Positions 52,325 to 64,000 of a stretch of 64,000 nt of DNA are shown one piece after another (positions within the stretch are counted from its first letter, which is position 1; each line of letters opens with the position of its first letter). This DNA comes from Azolla caroliniana (lineage: Eukaryota; Plantae; Polypodiophyta). A program made the translations under genes and the position numbers. The notes under the pieces were generated by a model that was not told the origin of the DNA, did not search any database, and saw only the letters and a list, made by a program, of their open reading frames with translations. The stretch lies in assembly GCA_043228905.1 (NCBI GenBank), contig JBHGNT010000001.1, forward strand, positions 27,342,001 to 27,406,000, written 5' to 3'.

Positions 52325-53452
52325 GATCCCCTATCTCTCAACCCCTTTTCCCAAGTTAGGTAACTCAACAAGGGTCTTGATTTGATCAATCTCTATGATT
52401 AATTGCACAAGAACCCTATGAGTAATGACGATTGGAAGGTAAGAGCGCCCAACCGCTTTCATTAGTCGCACCACCAAAACCTTATAGGGTTGTGTGCATG
52501 TCTACATAATCTACACAAAAGTATATGTTTTCTAAATAATAACATCATTAATTGGTTATATATGCGTATTCTGCAAATGTTGATTGATAGCTCTCTTTTA
52601 TGGATATATATGACAATCCTCCTATGACCCGGAAGGCGGATGTGTCTACTTTCTTATTACGTGACACACTTTTGGATGAAATGTTCACTTTACAATAAGG
52701 TGACTCATTTTTTTTTCAAAATCAAGTAAACATGTCACCATCTTTACAAGGCCTGCAACTTTTAGGCTATAGTACCCTTGAAAAGGGGCATCACTCTTCT
52801 TCTTTGTAAGGATGAAAATAAATTATAAACTTCAAAAGAAATGTACAAATTAAATTTAGCTCCTTATGAAAGGATGACTACTAATTTGGGCCCTTCAAAT
52901 GAAATGTATGTAATGGACCTGTCATTAAAAATGAGATTTCGTATGTATGCAAAGGCCTTGTTTCGTGAAAGACATGCCCTATGAAATCATTGTTTCTCAT
53001 AAAATAAGACAATATGCATATGGTAAGAGCATAGATGGGTAATGTTATGCAAGAAGGTACAAAAACAATGTGTTTGGTGATACCCTACGACCTAAACTAC
53101 GGTAGGAAAAAAAGATAAAAATATATTGTTATTTAGAAAAATTAGGTATGTTATTGAATTAGTAGCCAAAGGATTGGCCAATTCCATTTTAGTAAATAAT
53201 ATCTTAGGTTAGCTACATGTGGTAAAGGCAATCCCAAGGGCACACTACCACAGTTAACAAAAAGTTGTTCCTTTTGGCTATGAAAGGTTCACATGCAATT
53301 GATGGAAATGCCCACCTTCATATGACGCCACACACATGATACACATGGGACACACTACATTTTTAGATTTATGGGGGGATAATATAAAATATCGATTACA
53401 ACTTGAAAACATGACTACACCTTGAATATGTGTTGTAAGATCGTGTGTGTGT

Positions 53453-53492
<40 letters not shown>

Positions 53493-55715
53493 GGAAAAAG
53501 TGCATGTAAAAATATAATACAAAAATCCAAATACTACACTGTTGTAGGAATATCTTCGGGAAGTTGGTAAGTAAACCAATCAATAATCAAATGGGAAATA
53601 AAGAAATGTCCAAAAGGATATAGTTCTGTGAAATTCTTACATTTATACAATCTTAACTTGTCTTATTCACACTAGTTTAAAGATCAATATAGTAAATGTG
53701 AAATGGACTTTCCATCAACCTTGAGGGGAACATGAAACAAATCAACATGTTGCATGGATATGAAACAAAGAACAACAAAAGAGTTTAAACAAGTAAATTT
53801 GAAGGCAGGCATAAACAAAATTTCAACTTGTGTGATCGAAAAATACAAAAAACAAATTACAACAAGGAGAGCTAATACTGTGAAATTGAACTTTAGTATC
53901 TCCACTTTCACAACACATCGTGTGAATCGTATTTCCTGCATGGCCCAAATGAGGAAAGAAAGTTGTCAAGTATACATAAGATTCAGCCTTACAAGTGTCT
54001 TGAGGTATCCATTAAGACTTTGATTACTTGCACACGATGATAACCGATATCCTATTATCATTCTTTGGTAGCATTGCCTCTCATTGAGTAATAAGGCACT
54101 GCCACCCAAAAAATGACAATGTCAATGTTCTATATTTGTGCATGAGAATGTGCTCTAGTTTAAAAATGGGGATAGGTGTATGGAGAGTGAGGGAGGTATT
54201 AGGAGAGTTTACCTTGCCCAAGAACTTCAGGTACAATAAAGGGTTTTTTAATAGTCCTATTGTATTAACATATATAATGGTTTTAAGAAACAAACATGAT
54301 AAAAGGTGGATAGAGTTTATTATTGGCTTCAAAGGTTGATTAAGACATGTAGCAACATGGAACATTTTCATGTACATAGTGTGTGGTGTAATAAGTGACT
54401 TTCAAATTTTGAGAATATTGTCAATGAATGTTGCAATTGATGCCATTGTGCACTTTAGGATCAACAGATAAATATATGTCATGGGTTTGCACATGTTTGA
54501 GACTTGGGTAAAACAACTCAAACGTAAACAAGTGTGACACATTGCGTTAAATCATGATCGCTCATATTCACAAACTCTAATAGTTGTCCACTAGCAAACA
54601 TATATATCGTGAACTTTTATTTGGGCAATTTGTGTTACAAATATATATAGAACCATATTTGTTGGGCTTTAGAAGTTGTTTTTGTAGTCACTTTTTTAAA
54701 AGTTGTTTTGTTGGTCATGGAGAGCATTTTGCCTTTGTTAGATGTTGGGCTTGATGACAACTTTGAAGAAATGCAATGATGTTGATACTAAGGGTTTGGG
54801 GAGATAAATATAGATAGATGTCATGCTTGAACATTTATATGCACAAGTTATCAACAACATTGCAAATTTGCAAGAAATGTGCACATTAGGTGGAATCATC
54901 AAGGTTCTTAACCAAGAATATTGACAGAGACTCCTCAAATTGGGGTATCCTTGCTCTTTGAACTAGCATGCTCGGGGAATATTTATGGGTTTCATTGGAT
55001 AGGTTATACAACACGCAATGGGTAGTTGAGGAATTTGATATGGTGCAAATGCTAAAGTACACAACCAATATAAAGTTATGGAATTCCTCTAAAAAGAATG
55101 CTTGGTTGAGAATGAAAACATGAGAGGTCTCCTTGGTTTTTCCCTTGCCATCTCTCGTGTCTTTGAACTCTGCCCATTTGTTTTTGCTTTGTTGATTCCT
55201 CCCCTTCTCAAAATTCACTCTTTTTTTTCACCCTACTTTTTTCAGATACATTTTTTTTATGGACATTCTATTGCCATTGAATGATGGAGGATGTGAGGCA
55301 CAAAATCCTCACATGTTCATTGATAAAACCATCGGGATTGTCATGTTGCAGGTTTGGGAATCGTGGATGAAGTTATTATTATCTAGTCTCTCGAGGGAGC
55401 CACAAAAGCTTCGAATAACATGGTGTTTGAGCATTGCGAGGATCAACGTTTAATGGTACGATTGGAGAATGAGAAATGGATTGGTTTTTGATTGATGGCA
55501 TGAACTAGTGGAGTGTCAAGATAGAGGCATAAAAGAGAGTAGTTGATATGCGTGCAAGGGGACAAGACAAGACATGGTGCATAGGTACAACACGTTGTTG
55601 TCCCCCACAAGGAGCTTAATGTCAACGTCTCTTACAACAAGAGCTTGTGTTTACGTTGATAGTAATATATCTAGCCTATATATGTATGTATATGTGTATG
55701 TATATGTATACAATA

Positions 55716-56010
55716 TATGTATATAATTGATTGATGAGATAATTAGACCCGCTTATCATCTTAAGTTGAAAGTATGTATGTAGGTATGTATATGTATATG
55801 TATATAATTGATCGATGAGATAATTAGACCCACTTATCATCTTAAGTTGAAAGTATATACGTATATGTATATGTATATAATTGATTGATGAGATGATTAG
55901 ACCCGCTTATCATCTTAAGCTGAAAGTATGTATGTATGTATGTATGTAGATGTATATGTATATAATTGATTGATGAGATAACTAGACCCGGTTATCATCT
56001 TAAGCTGAAA
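55716..56010. repeat. Four-copy tandem array: ~54-bp conserved core separated by variable (TATG)n spacers
   Basis: tatataattgat.gatgagata.ttagaccc.cttatcatcttaag.tgaaa at ~55720, 55801, 55874 and 55959. Confidence 0.9.
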
Positions 56011-56056
56011 AATCGTGGGGAGAGAAAGTGAAAGAGAGCGAAGCATGCATGTGTGA

Positions 56057-56087
<31 letters not shown>

Positions 56088-56503
56088 AAAAGATAAGCAA
56101 ATGCACTTATCATTGCCTTTTTGCTTTTTCGCGTCTTGTCATCATCTTCCATTTCCTCCTCCTTCTTCTCTCTTTACAGTCTTTGACCTTTGTAAGATAA
56201 GCAGACGCGCTTATGACTCTGACAGATCAGTCAGTGGCGGGGACAAAGCGGCCCTTCTTTCTGTCTCTGTCTGTCTGTCTGTGTGTTTGTCTGTCTCTGC
56301 CTGTGCGAGGAAAAAAGAAAAAGCTTGTCTGGCGATGGCGATGGCGATGGCGATGGCGGACACAAAAGGAAAAAAGAAGAAGAAGACACAGACGAGAAGA
56401 AAATAAAGGCACAAATGAGAGAGGTAACAGCGTCCTTTGCTTCTTTCTCTCTGATTAGACAGAACCGTAGTAAGCGAGAGAGACAGAGAAAAGAGAAAGA
56501 GAC

Positions 56504-56507
<4 letters not shown>

Positions 56508-56555
<48 letters not shown>
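56508..56555. repeat. (GA)n microsatellite in the TPL upstream/leader region
   Basis: Pure GA run. Other simple repeats: (AAT)n ~4192-4220, (GT)n ~34130-34166, (CA)n ~53457-53488, (AAG)n ~56058-56088. Confidence 0.9.
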
Positions 56556-56559
<4 letters not shown>

Positions 56560-57444
56560 TTTCTGTCTCTTTGTATCTGCCACAAAGCTCTGGTTCCACC
56601 ATAGCCATTTATAGCTTCTTCTTGTTATACACCGTGTGTCTTCCTTATTAGAATTTAGGCTTATACCGGTAACCAGACTCCATAGAGACTTTCTCTCTCT
56701 CTCTCTCTCTCTTTATTCCCCTGGTCCTGCCTCTCTGTTGGAATCTGTGCGCTCTGCTTTGTCTGATTGGATCGAATTTCTTTAGGGTTAATGTTCCCCT
56801 GTGTGTTTTTCTAAAGCCATTCTCTGTTGTTCTCTCTGACTCTTCTCTCGTGTCTACTTTCGTTCTTATTAATGAGAGATAGAGAGAGGTCATTGAATAT
56901 TCACTTTAAGATGAATCAGAATTAGGCAGAGAAGGAAGGAAGGGAGAAGTTGGGGGGGGCGGGGGGATGGTATCTTCTAAATTTTGTCTTCATATTTTCT
57001 GTGCAGAAAGCGGCCCTTAATTCAAAGGTACGGGTGACCTGCTTCTCCTCTCTGTTTCTTTATTTGACGTTTCCAATAAGATTTTATATTTCTCTCTTCT
57101 CTGAGAGAGAGAGAGAGAAGAAAGTATTAACTATCTCTGAGAGAAAGAAGCAGATAGAAATAAAAGTAAATTTATCCCCAGAGAGAGATAGAGGGAAGAA
57201 GAAGAAGAAGAAGAAAAGAGACTTCTGTGCGTGTTATTGTGGGTGTGACTTTCTTAATTGCATCCAAGTTTGAATCTCAATTATCAAATTTCTGACTTCT
57301 TTTTTTCCTCGTCTTCTGCAGAGAGATAGACAGAAAGCTCCACTCTCTTTCAAAAAAGGAAGGAAAAAAATCCCGCATTGTTATCATCGTCTTCATCTTC
57401 TTTCCAAATACAACCCATTAGAACATCATTAATCATCGATAGCC

Positions 57445-60400
57445 ATGTCTTCGCTCAGCAGAGAGCTTGTCTTCCTCATCCTTCAGTTCCTTGACGAAGA
57501 AAAGTTCAAAGAGACAGTCCACAAGTAAGTTTACAGAAACTCATCTTGTCCGGCTCTCCTCTCGCAGCCTCGCCACATCCAATTACCCACTTTAGGCAGC
57601 ATACTTATATCATTTTTCTCATAGAAGACACAATCAATTTTCTGAGTTGTATAATTTCTTTCTTTGAGTCTCCCATAGAGACATTCGTACATGTTCCATT
57701 TACTGACTCACTTTATTTTACGTTGGTTTTTATTTTTCCTTTCCACACCATGCTATACAGATAGATAGAATTTGGCTTTTCTTGATCTATGCTTTCATGA
57801 TATCCATTAGGCTTGAGCAAGAATCTGGCTTCTTTTTCAACATGAAGTACTTTGAAGATCAGGCTCAGGCTGGGGAGTGGGATGAAGTGGAGAGATACCT
57901 CTCTGGATTCACCAAAGTGGATGATAATAGATACTCCAATAAGATCTTTTTTGAGATCCGAAAGCAAAAGTACCTTGAGGCCTTAGACAGGTATCAGAAA
58001 AAAGAAATTGAATTTATATCTACCTTATAATCCCTTCCAACCAAGGGAAAAATTAGGGCCCCTTCATAATCTAATGGCTATATATCAAGGATTTTGGAGA
58101 TTTTTGGCTATTTTTATGGTGAATATTTTTTGAAATATTCACTGAATTCGACAATAAATTAAAGAAATATAACTGATATTCACCTAAAAATAAGCTAAAT
58201 ACTGGGAAGTCCTAATCTCTACAATTTTAAGGTTTCATAACCCATAAGTTCGCCCAAACATTAATATTGAGTAAGTGGCAGATGTTCCTTATGTGCTTCA
58301 AAGATGTGTTTTTTTAATTACAACTTGTTTTCTTACACATCTAAATGCCTTTTCCTGGGGACCTTTGATCCTATCATCTGATCACTACTGTGAACCGGCT
58401 TTTAGAACTTGTCTATATAATCTCATCACGACGAGAAATTCCTTTTATAACTTCTTTTACTGTAGAAAGATGCTGTTGATAACTTGTCTTTGCTTTCAAT
58501 CAATGGTATTACACAGTCAGAACAGAACCAAGGCTGTGGAAATCCTGGTAAAGGACCTCAAGGTCTTCTCGGCTTTCAATGAGGACTTGTTCAAGGAAAT
58601 CACTCAACTTCTCACCCTAGACAATTTCAGGCATGTTTTGCTTTCCTTCATTTTTAATTTCATCCTGTGTATTGTTTATCTTGCCTCACCTCCAAGAAGT
58701 TTTTGAATAATTTGTTCAGGGAAAATGAGCAACTTTCCAAGTATGGTGACACTAAATCAGCCAGGAATATCATGCTTCTCGAGCTGAAGAAATTGATTGA
58801 AGCAAACCCTCTCTTTCGGGATAAGCTTACTTTCCCTGTCTTGAAACCATCGCGATTGAGAACACTGATTAATCAAAGGTGCCTACCCTTATCATTTTCT
58901 ATACTTACGTAATAAGTAAGTATACTTCTCCATATAATATCTAAAGTGAACGAACTTTTATGTTAACTTGGTAAAGGTTTGTGTGTTGGTCTCCACAGCT
59001 TAAATTGGCAACACCAGCTGTGTAAGAACCCTCGACCCAATCCCGACATTAAAACACTTTTCACAGATCATTCTTGTGGACCTTCTCCAAATGGAGCACG
59101 TCCTGGTCCCCCTCCTCCAATCAATCCTCTTGCAGGAGGGATCCCAAAAGGAGCTTTTCCACCTCTCGGTGTACATGGAGTATGTGATTACGTGCTCTTA
59201 TTGCACATAAATAATGTTAAAAGCTTCTAGAGATCGTTGATTTCGAAAAATCTTGTTATAACATTAATGTTTTCAATATAATTTAGCATAGACTTTTGTA
59301 GAACAAATAAGCATAAGACACTTTACTAAAACCAAGTAACATAATCAATCTGATTTTGATGAGTCATTTATTGCACTTAGTATATGAAAGCTTCACGTAG
59401 TAGCACATTAATAAGGATACACACATGTCCTGTAAATATAATGGTCATTTTCATTTCAGCAACCATTTCCTCCACCAGCTACATCATCTGCAGGCCCATT
59501 AGCAGGTTGGATGGCGAATCCGAACCCATCACCATCAGCACCACAAGCAGCTGTTGTTGTTGGACCACCTAGTATTGCCAACATCAGCCCGCCAAATCAA
59601 GGTCGGAAATCTCATGAGAAAATGAAAGAAACAACCTTTCCTTCTATGATGTACATTTAGCAATGCTATATGTATGAAATGGCCTCTAGACTCTATGTTG
59701 AGGGATATACATTGTGTGTGTTTGTATCCATTAGGTTCATTGCTTAAAAGACCCAGAACACCCCCAGGTGGTAGTGCCCCAGGCTTAGACTACCAGACTG
59801 CTGATTCTGAGCACCTTATGAAGCGAGCTCGCCCCTCTGGTCAGCCTCTCGAGGAGGTAAGTAAATAAACTATTTGCTTAGTTCTTTCTTCAAGTAAATA
59901 TTGTTGGCACCTGTGCTTGAAAGGATGCTTCTGCCTCTTTTCTTAGAAATTAGTGTTTTGATGCTTCCAGATCACATGTCCAGTTTCTAATCTTCCATCG
60001 AATACATATACATCCGATGATCTTCCAAAAGTAGTGGCTCGGATACTGAATCTGTGCTCTAATGTGAAAAGCATGGATTTTCATCCATCAGAGCAGACTA
60101 TATTGCTTGGTGAGAATTGGATTTAGTTCAAGATACAGTGTTTTGTGCTTGGATAAAAAACCATCTGAATTCCTCTCTTCTTTGCAGTTGGAACCAATGT
60201 TGGAGAGATTGCAGTATGGGAGGTTTCTTCTAGAGAAAGACTTGCTTTAAGACCTTTCAAATTGTGGGATATATCTACATGCAATGCTGTATTGAAGGTA
60301 ACACCTCTGGTAAACAATTCAAATAAGACAAAAACCCCAAAAAGTTGCTCTGATATTTGTAGTTTGGAATCAGAATGCTCTTGTCAAAGATCCTGTTATC

Positions 60401-63400
60401 TCTGTGAATCGAAACATGTGGAGTCCGGATGGAACTTTCATAGGTAATTCTTTCTTTGTACAATCTAAAGTCTTATGAATTAGGATGAATGGTTCTCCAT
60501 ACCTACTGTACCACATCTTATGTCATTATATACAGGGGTTGCTTTTTCTACACACATAGTTCAAATCTACCAATATTCTGGAAGAAGTGACCTACGACCA
60601 CATTTAGAGGTTGGTAGTTCATTTGTTGATTAATGTAAATATGTTGCATTTTACTGGAGTTTTTAAAAATATTTGTCTCAGGGTTAGAGTTTTCTATTAG
60701 ATTGACGCACACATGGGAGGAGTGAATGATTTGGCATTTTCTCATCCCAACAAGCAGCTGTGTATTGTAACGTGTGGTGACGATATGATGATAAAGGTTG
60801 GACGTACTTATCCTTTTTTGTCTCTCTTGGATTTTTCTTGATGAATGCAGCTCAACTGAAGCTTGTGTGTTTTCTGAACTATGGGGTAAAGGTGTGGAAT
60901 GCAATTACCGGTCAGAAAATATATACATTTGAGGGGCATGAAGCACCAGTCTATTCTGTGTGCCCTCATCAAAAAGAAAACATACAGGTTCTCACCCCTC
61001 AAAACCAAGTGTCTTTAATAACATTTAAAGCTGTCTGTGGTTTCTAACTTATGCAAAGTTGTTTCTGCCCTTAGTTCATATTCTCTACTGCAATTGATGG
61101 AAAAATTAAAGCTTGGCTATATGATCATATGGGATCTCGGGTGGATTATGATGCACCTGGACGCTGGTGCACTACCATGGCTTACAGTGCTGATGGCCAA
61201 AGGTCAGATGAACACTCTTTTGAAATAGTTTAAGACCTTTGATCCATAGTGGTTTCTGAAACCTTGTATATTCAATGCTTTTTGTGTTGGAGTTCTTGCA
61301 AACAGACTGTTTTCATGTGGAACAAGCAAAGAATTAGAGTCATATCTGGTGGAATGGAATGAAAGTGAAGGGGCAATAAAGAGAACATATGGGGGATTTC
61401 GCAAGCGTTCATTAGGCGTGGTTCAGTTTGATACCACAAAGAATCGCTTTCTAGCTGCTGGTGATGAATTCCAGATAAAATTCTGGGATATGGATAATAC
61501 AAGCATTCTTACAACAACGGATGCAGATGGTGGATTACTTGTGAGTATATGAGAGCTAAATTGAAACCACTTTCATGGATCAGTGATTTCAGTTTGCAAA
61601 TTTACATTCTGCCTCAGGGAAGTCCACACCTCCGCTTCAACAAGGATGGGTCTTTGCTGGCTGTTACCACAAATGATAATGGAATCAAGATTTTAGCTAA
61701 TGCTGATGGCATGCGCCTTCTCAGGATGCTAGAGAGCCGCGCCTTTGATGTATCAAGGGGACAGTCAGATGCTAAGGTTTCTATTTTACTTGAAAGTTAT
61801 TTCCTTGCTATGAATTTTTGGAGAATGGGAATGAGGTGTTAACTTCTACAAAAGACTAAAATGATCCATGCAACCAAAGGCTACAACCATCATCTAATAC
61901 ATGCAACATGATGAGACTCCCATATATAAGAAAAAAAAGACTTAGATAATTCTAGAGCTGAGAAACAAGTCCATTTGGGTACTATGTATGGTTGTATAAA
62001 TGTCCCTTGGAAATTTATGTACAGTTTTCAATTGGTATACTCTCATCTACTCTTATGTTATTTGGATGTTTCATAACGCCCTTGTGCAGACGTCTGCAGT
62101 GAACTCGATATCATTAGGAGGTGCTTCAGTTGTTCCTGGCATTGGTCCAGGTCTAATTGATAGAGTGCCTTTGACAGTTACTGTTTCTGGCTTGGTAAGT
62201 GCTAGAATGTGTTTTCTCTTCCGTATATATCTCTACTTGTTTCCTTTTCCCTTTGCATTTCATATACTTGGTAAACCCCCATTTCTTTCCAGCTTCCTCC
62301 AATTCAGAATGGAATAGATACTATCAGGAGTACTGATGTAAAGCCCAGGATTGTCGATGAAAATTCTGACAAAAACAAGGCATGGAAAATGACTGAAATT
62401 ACTGAATCAACGCAATGTAGATCTATGAGGCTACCAGATACATTGCAAACAACAAAAGTACATATCTTTGACCTTAGCCAAGAGACTTGCTAACCGTATG
62501 ATTTCATTTCCGATGATATGAATCTGCCTTTTCTAATTCGTTGGAATTCACAGATTGCTCGTTTACTATATACTAATGCTGGAAGTGCTGTCTTGGCTCT
62601 TTGTTCAAATGCTGTTCACAAGTTATGGAAATGGCAAGTGAATGAGCGCAGCCATGTATCCAAGGTCAATATGTTTCGGTTGACCTCTCTTCTTGTTCTT
62701 TTTTTGGTTTCTCTGTGGTTAGTATTTAGTAGACGTGTATGTGAGCCTTGTATTAACCAAGATGCCATCAAGTAACCAAAACAATTTACATTCTTCTTCT
62801 ACAAGTTGTTTCATTATACAGCCTTCCTGCTGTCAAATAAACTTTTACTATGTTTTTTATACTATTGTCATTGAGATAACAGCATCTCAGTATTGATTTG
62901 TAGAGCAAACATTGGAAGCCTTTGTAATATAATGGATCACACTAACTATTATTAGCCATTACGTGTAAATTTAATGCACTTACATATTTAGGATGGATCT
63001 GTTCTACAAGAAGATACTCTCACACTTCAATGTTTACCTGTATATGAATTTGAATGTAATGATGACCTTAGAAGGAGGTTCATGCAGGTGTCCGTTTGAG
63101 AGAGCTCTGCCTCAATTAAAAACTGTTTTTGGTTCATCCTTGTTGAATCCTAAAGTTCAACCTTTTGTTATAGGCTACTGCAAGTGTGGTCCCTCAGCTG
63201 TGGCAGCCAGCAAGTGGAATTATTATGACAAATGACATCAGTGAGACAAATCCTGAAGATGCCACAGCATGTATAGCACTGTCCAAAAATGATTCTTATG
63301 TTATGTCAGCCTCTGGTGGAAAAGTATCTTTGTTCAACATGATGACATTCAAAGTAATGAATAATCCAGTGTTCTCATATTTAACATTCTCGTTGTTAAA

Positions 63401-63796
63401 CAGAAACAGCAAGTACAAAATTTTTAAACCATTTGTGCTTTGCACATGTTTGATTTTCTAATCTCAATTAATGCATATTTAACAGGTTATGACAACATTT
63501 ATGCAACCTCCTCCAGCAGCAACATTTCTTGTATTTCATCCGCAAGACAATAATATAATTGCAGTCGGGATGGAGGACTCTTCCATCCAGATTTACAATG
63601 TCCGAGTCGATGAGGTAATAAAAATGAACTAATTTATAGCATAAATTTCCGCAGATGTGTCAGTGACTCACGTATTCTTGGAAATTGCTATATTTTCCAG
63701 GTCAAGAGTACTCTAAAAGGACACCATAAGGCAATAACTGGCTTAGCTTTCTCCAACTCTCTTAATGTATTGGTGTCCTCTGGAGCTGATGAACAG
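57445..63796 (+). CDS. TPL: TOPLESS/TOPLESS-RELATED corepressor (LisH-CTLH-CRA plus WD40), 3' incomplete. Exons: 57445-57524, 57811-57990, 58517-58630, 58720-58878, 58999-59179, 59460-59601, 59735-59856, 59971-60109, 60188-60297, 60374-60443, 60536-60609, 60701-60796, 60892-60987, 61075-61202, 61306-61540, 61618-61776, 62090-62194, 62308-62457, 62554-62664, 63174-63353, 63486-63614, 63701-63796; continues past the window
   Basis: MSSLSRELVFLILQFLDEEKFKETVHKLEQESGFFFNMKYFED..., AVEILVKDLKVF, SLNWQHQLCKNPRPNPDIKTLFTDHSC, FEGHEAPVYSVCPHQKENIQ, VEWNESEGAIKRTY, CIALSKNDSYVMSASGGKVSLFNMMTFK are all hallmark TPL/TPR sequences. Splice sites keep frame throughout. The exact paralog cannot be assigned from the sequence. 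Confidence 0.96.
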
Positions 63797-64000
63797 GTAA
63801 TGACTCTTAACAATAATTACATGTGTGGTATGTCTATGCCCATGATTACAGCATGTGGCTGTTGGTGCATCTATCTGTAATATATACAGTGCTAATAAAA
63901 GGCGCAACTATACTTTTCAACTCAAAGATTATGGAATGTGAATTTGAAAACCATGGTTTTATGGCAAACTGATAGTGCTCATGATCACAGACTAAAAATG

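Noticed and set aside
55270-55640. Possible very old LINE 3' remnant (KASNNMVFE)
   Set aside because: Only a short motif resemblance; boundaries cannot be defined.
55716-56010. CRISPR-like repeat-spacer appearance
   Set aside because: The spacers are simple (TATG)n, the repeats are too long, the context is eukaryotic and there are no cas genes.
56053-57273. Several 80-125 aa ORFs upstream of TPL
   Set aside because: They are microsatellite read-through frames (ERER, SLSL, RRRR) with no domain signal.

Overview
AT-rich, intron-containing land-plant nuclear DNA; a fern or other non-seed plant is plausible but is only an inference. There are three host genes: a 5-exon LRL-type (subfamily XI) bHLH gene on the minus strand (4004-2422), a divergently oriented 2-exon QCR10/UCRY complex III subunit gene (6214-9110), and a TOPLESS/TPR corepressor gene starting at 57445 and running off the window end. 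The ~46 kb between QCR10 and TPL is mostly transposon-derived. It holds a complete but degenerate chromoviral Ty3/Gypsy element with TG...TA LTR ends, an RT/RNaseH-deleted Ty1/Copia element with a perfect TSD, a second decayed Copia, a probable solo LTR, a hAT-type MITE and many 5'-truncated L1-like LINE fragments. The most striking structure is at 36.7-44.7 kb: a same-orientation chain of LINEs joined through (GA)n/(CA)n microsatellites, including a duplicated empty-site/filled-site pair. This chain is bracketed by copies of a ~200-bp repeat made of two convergent tRNA-like (Pol III A/B-box) heads. Exon boundaries and element ends were read by eye; no database searches were run.
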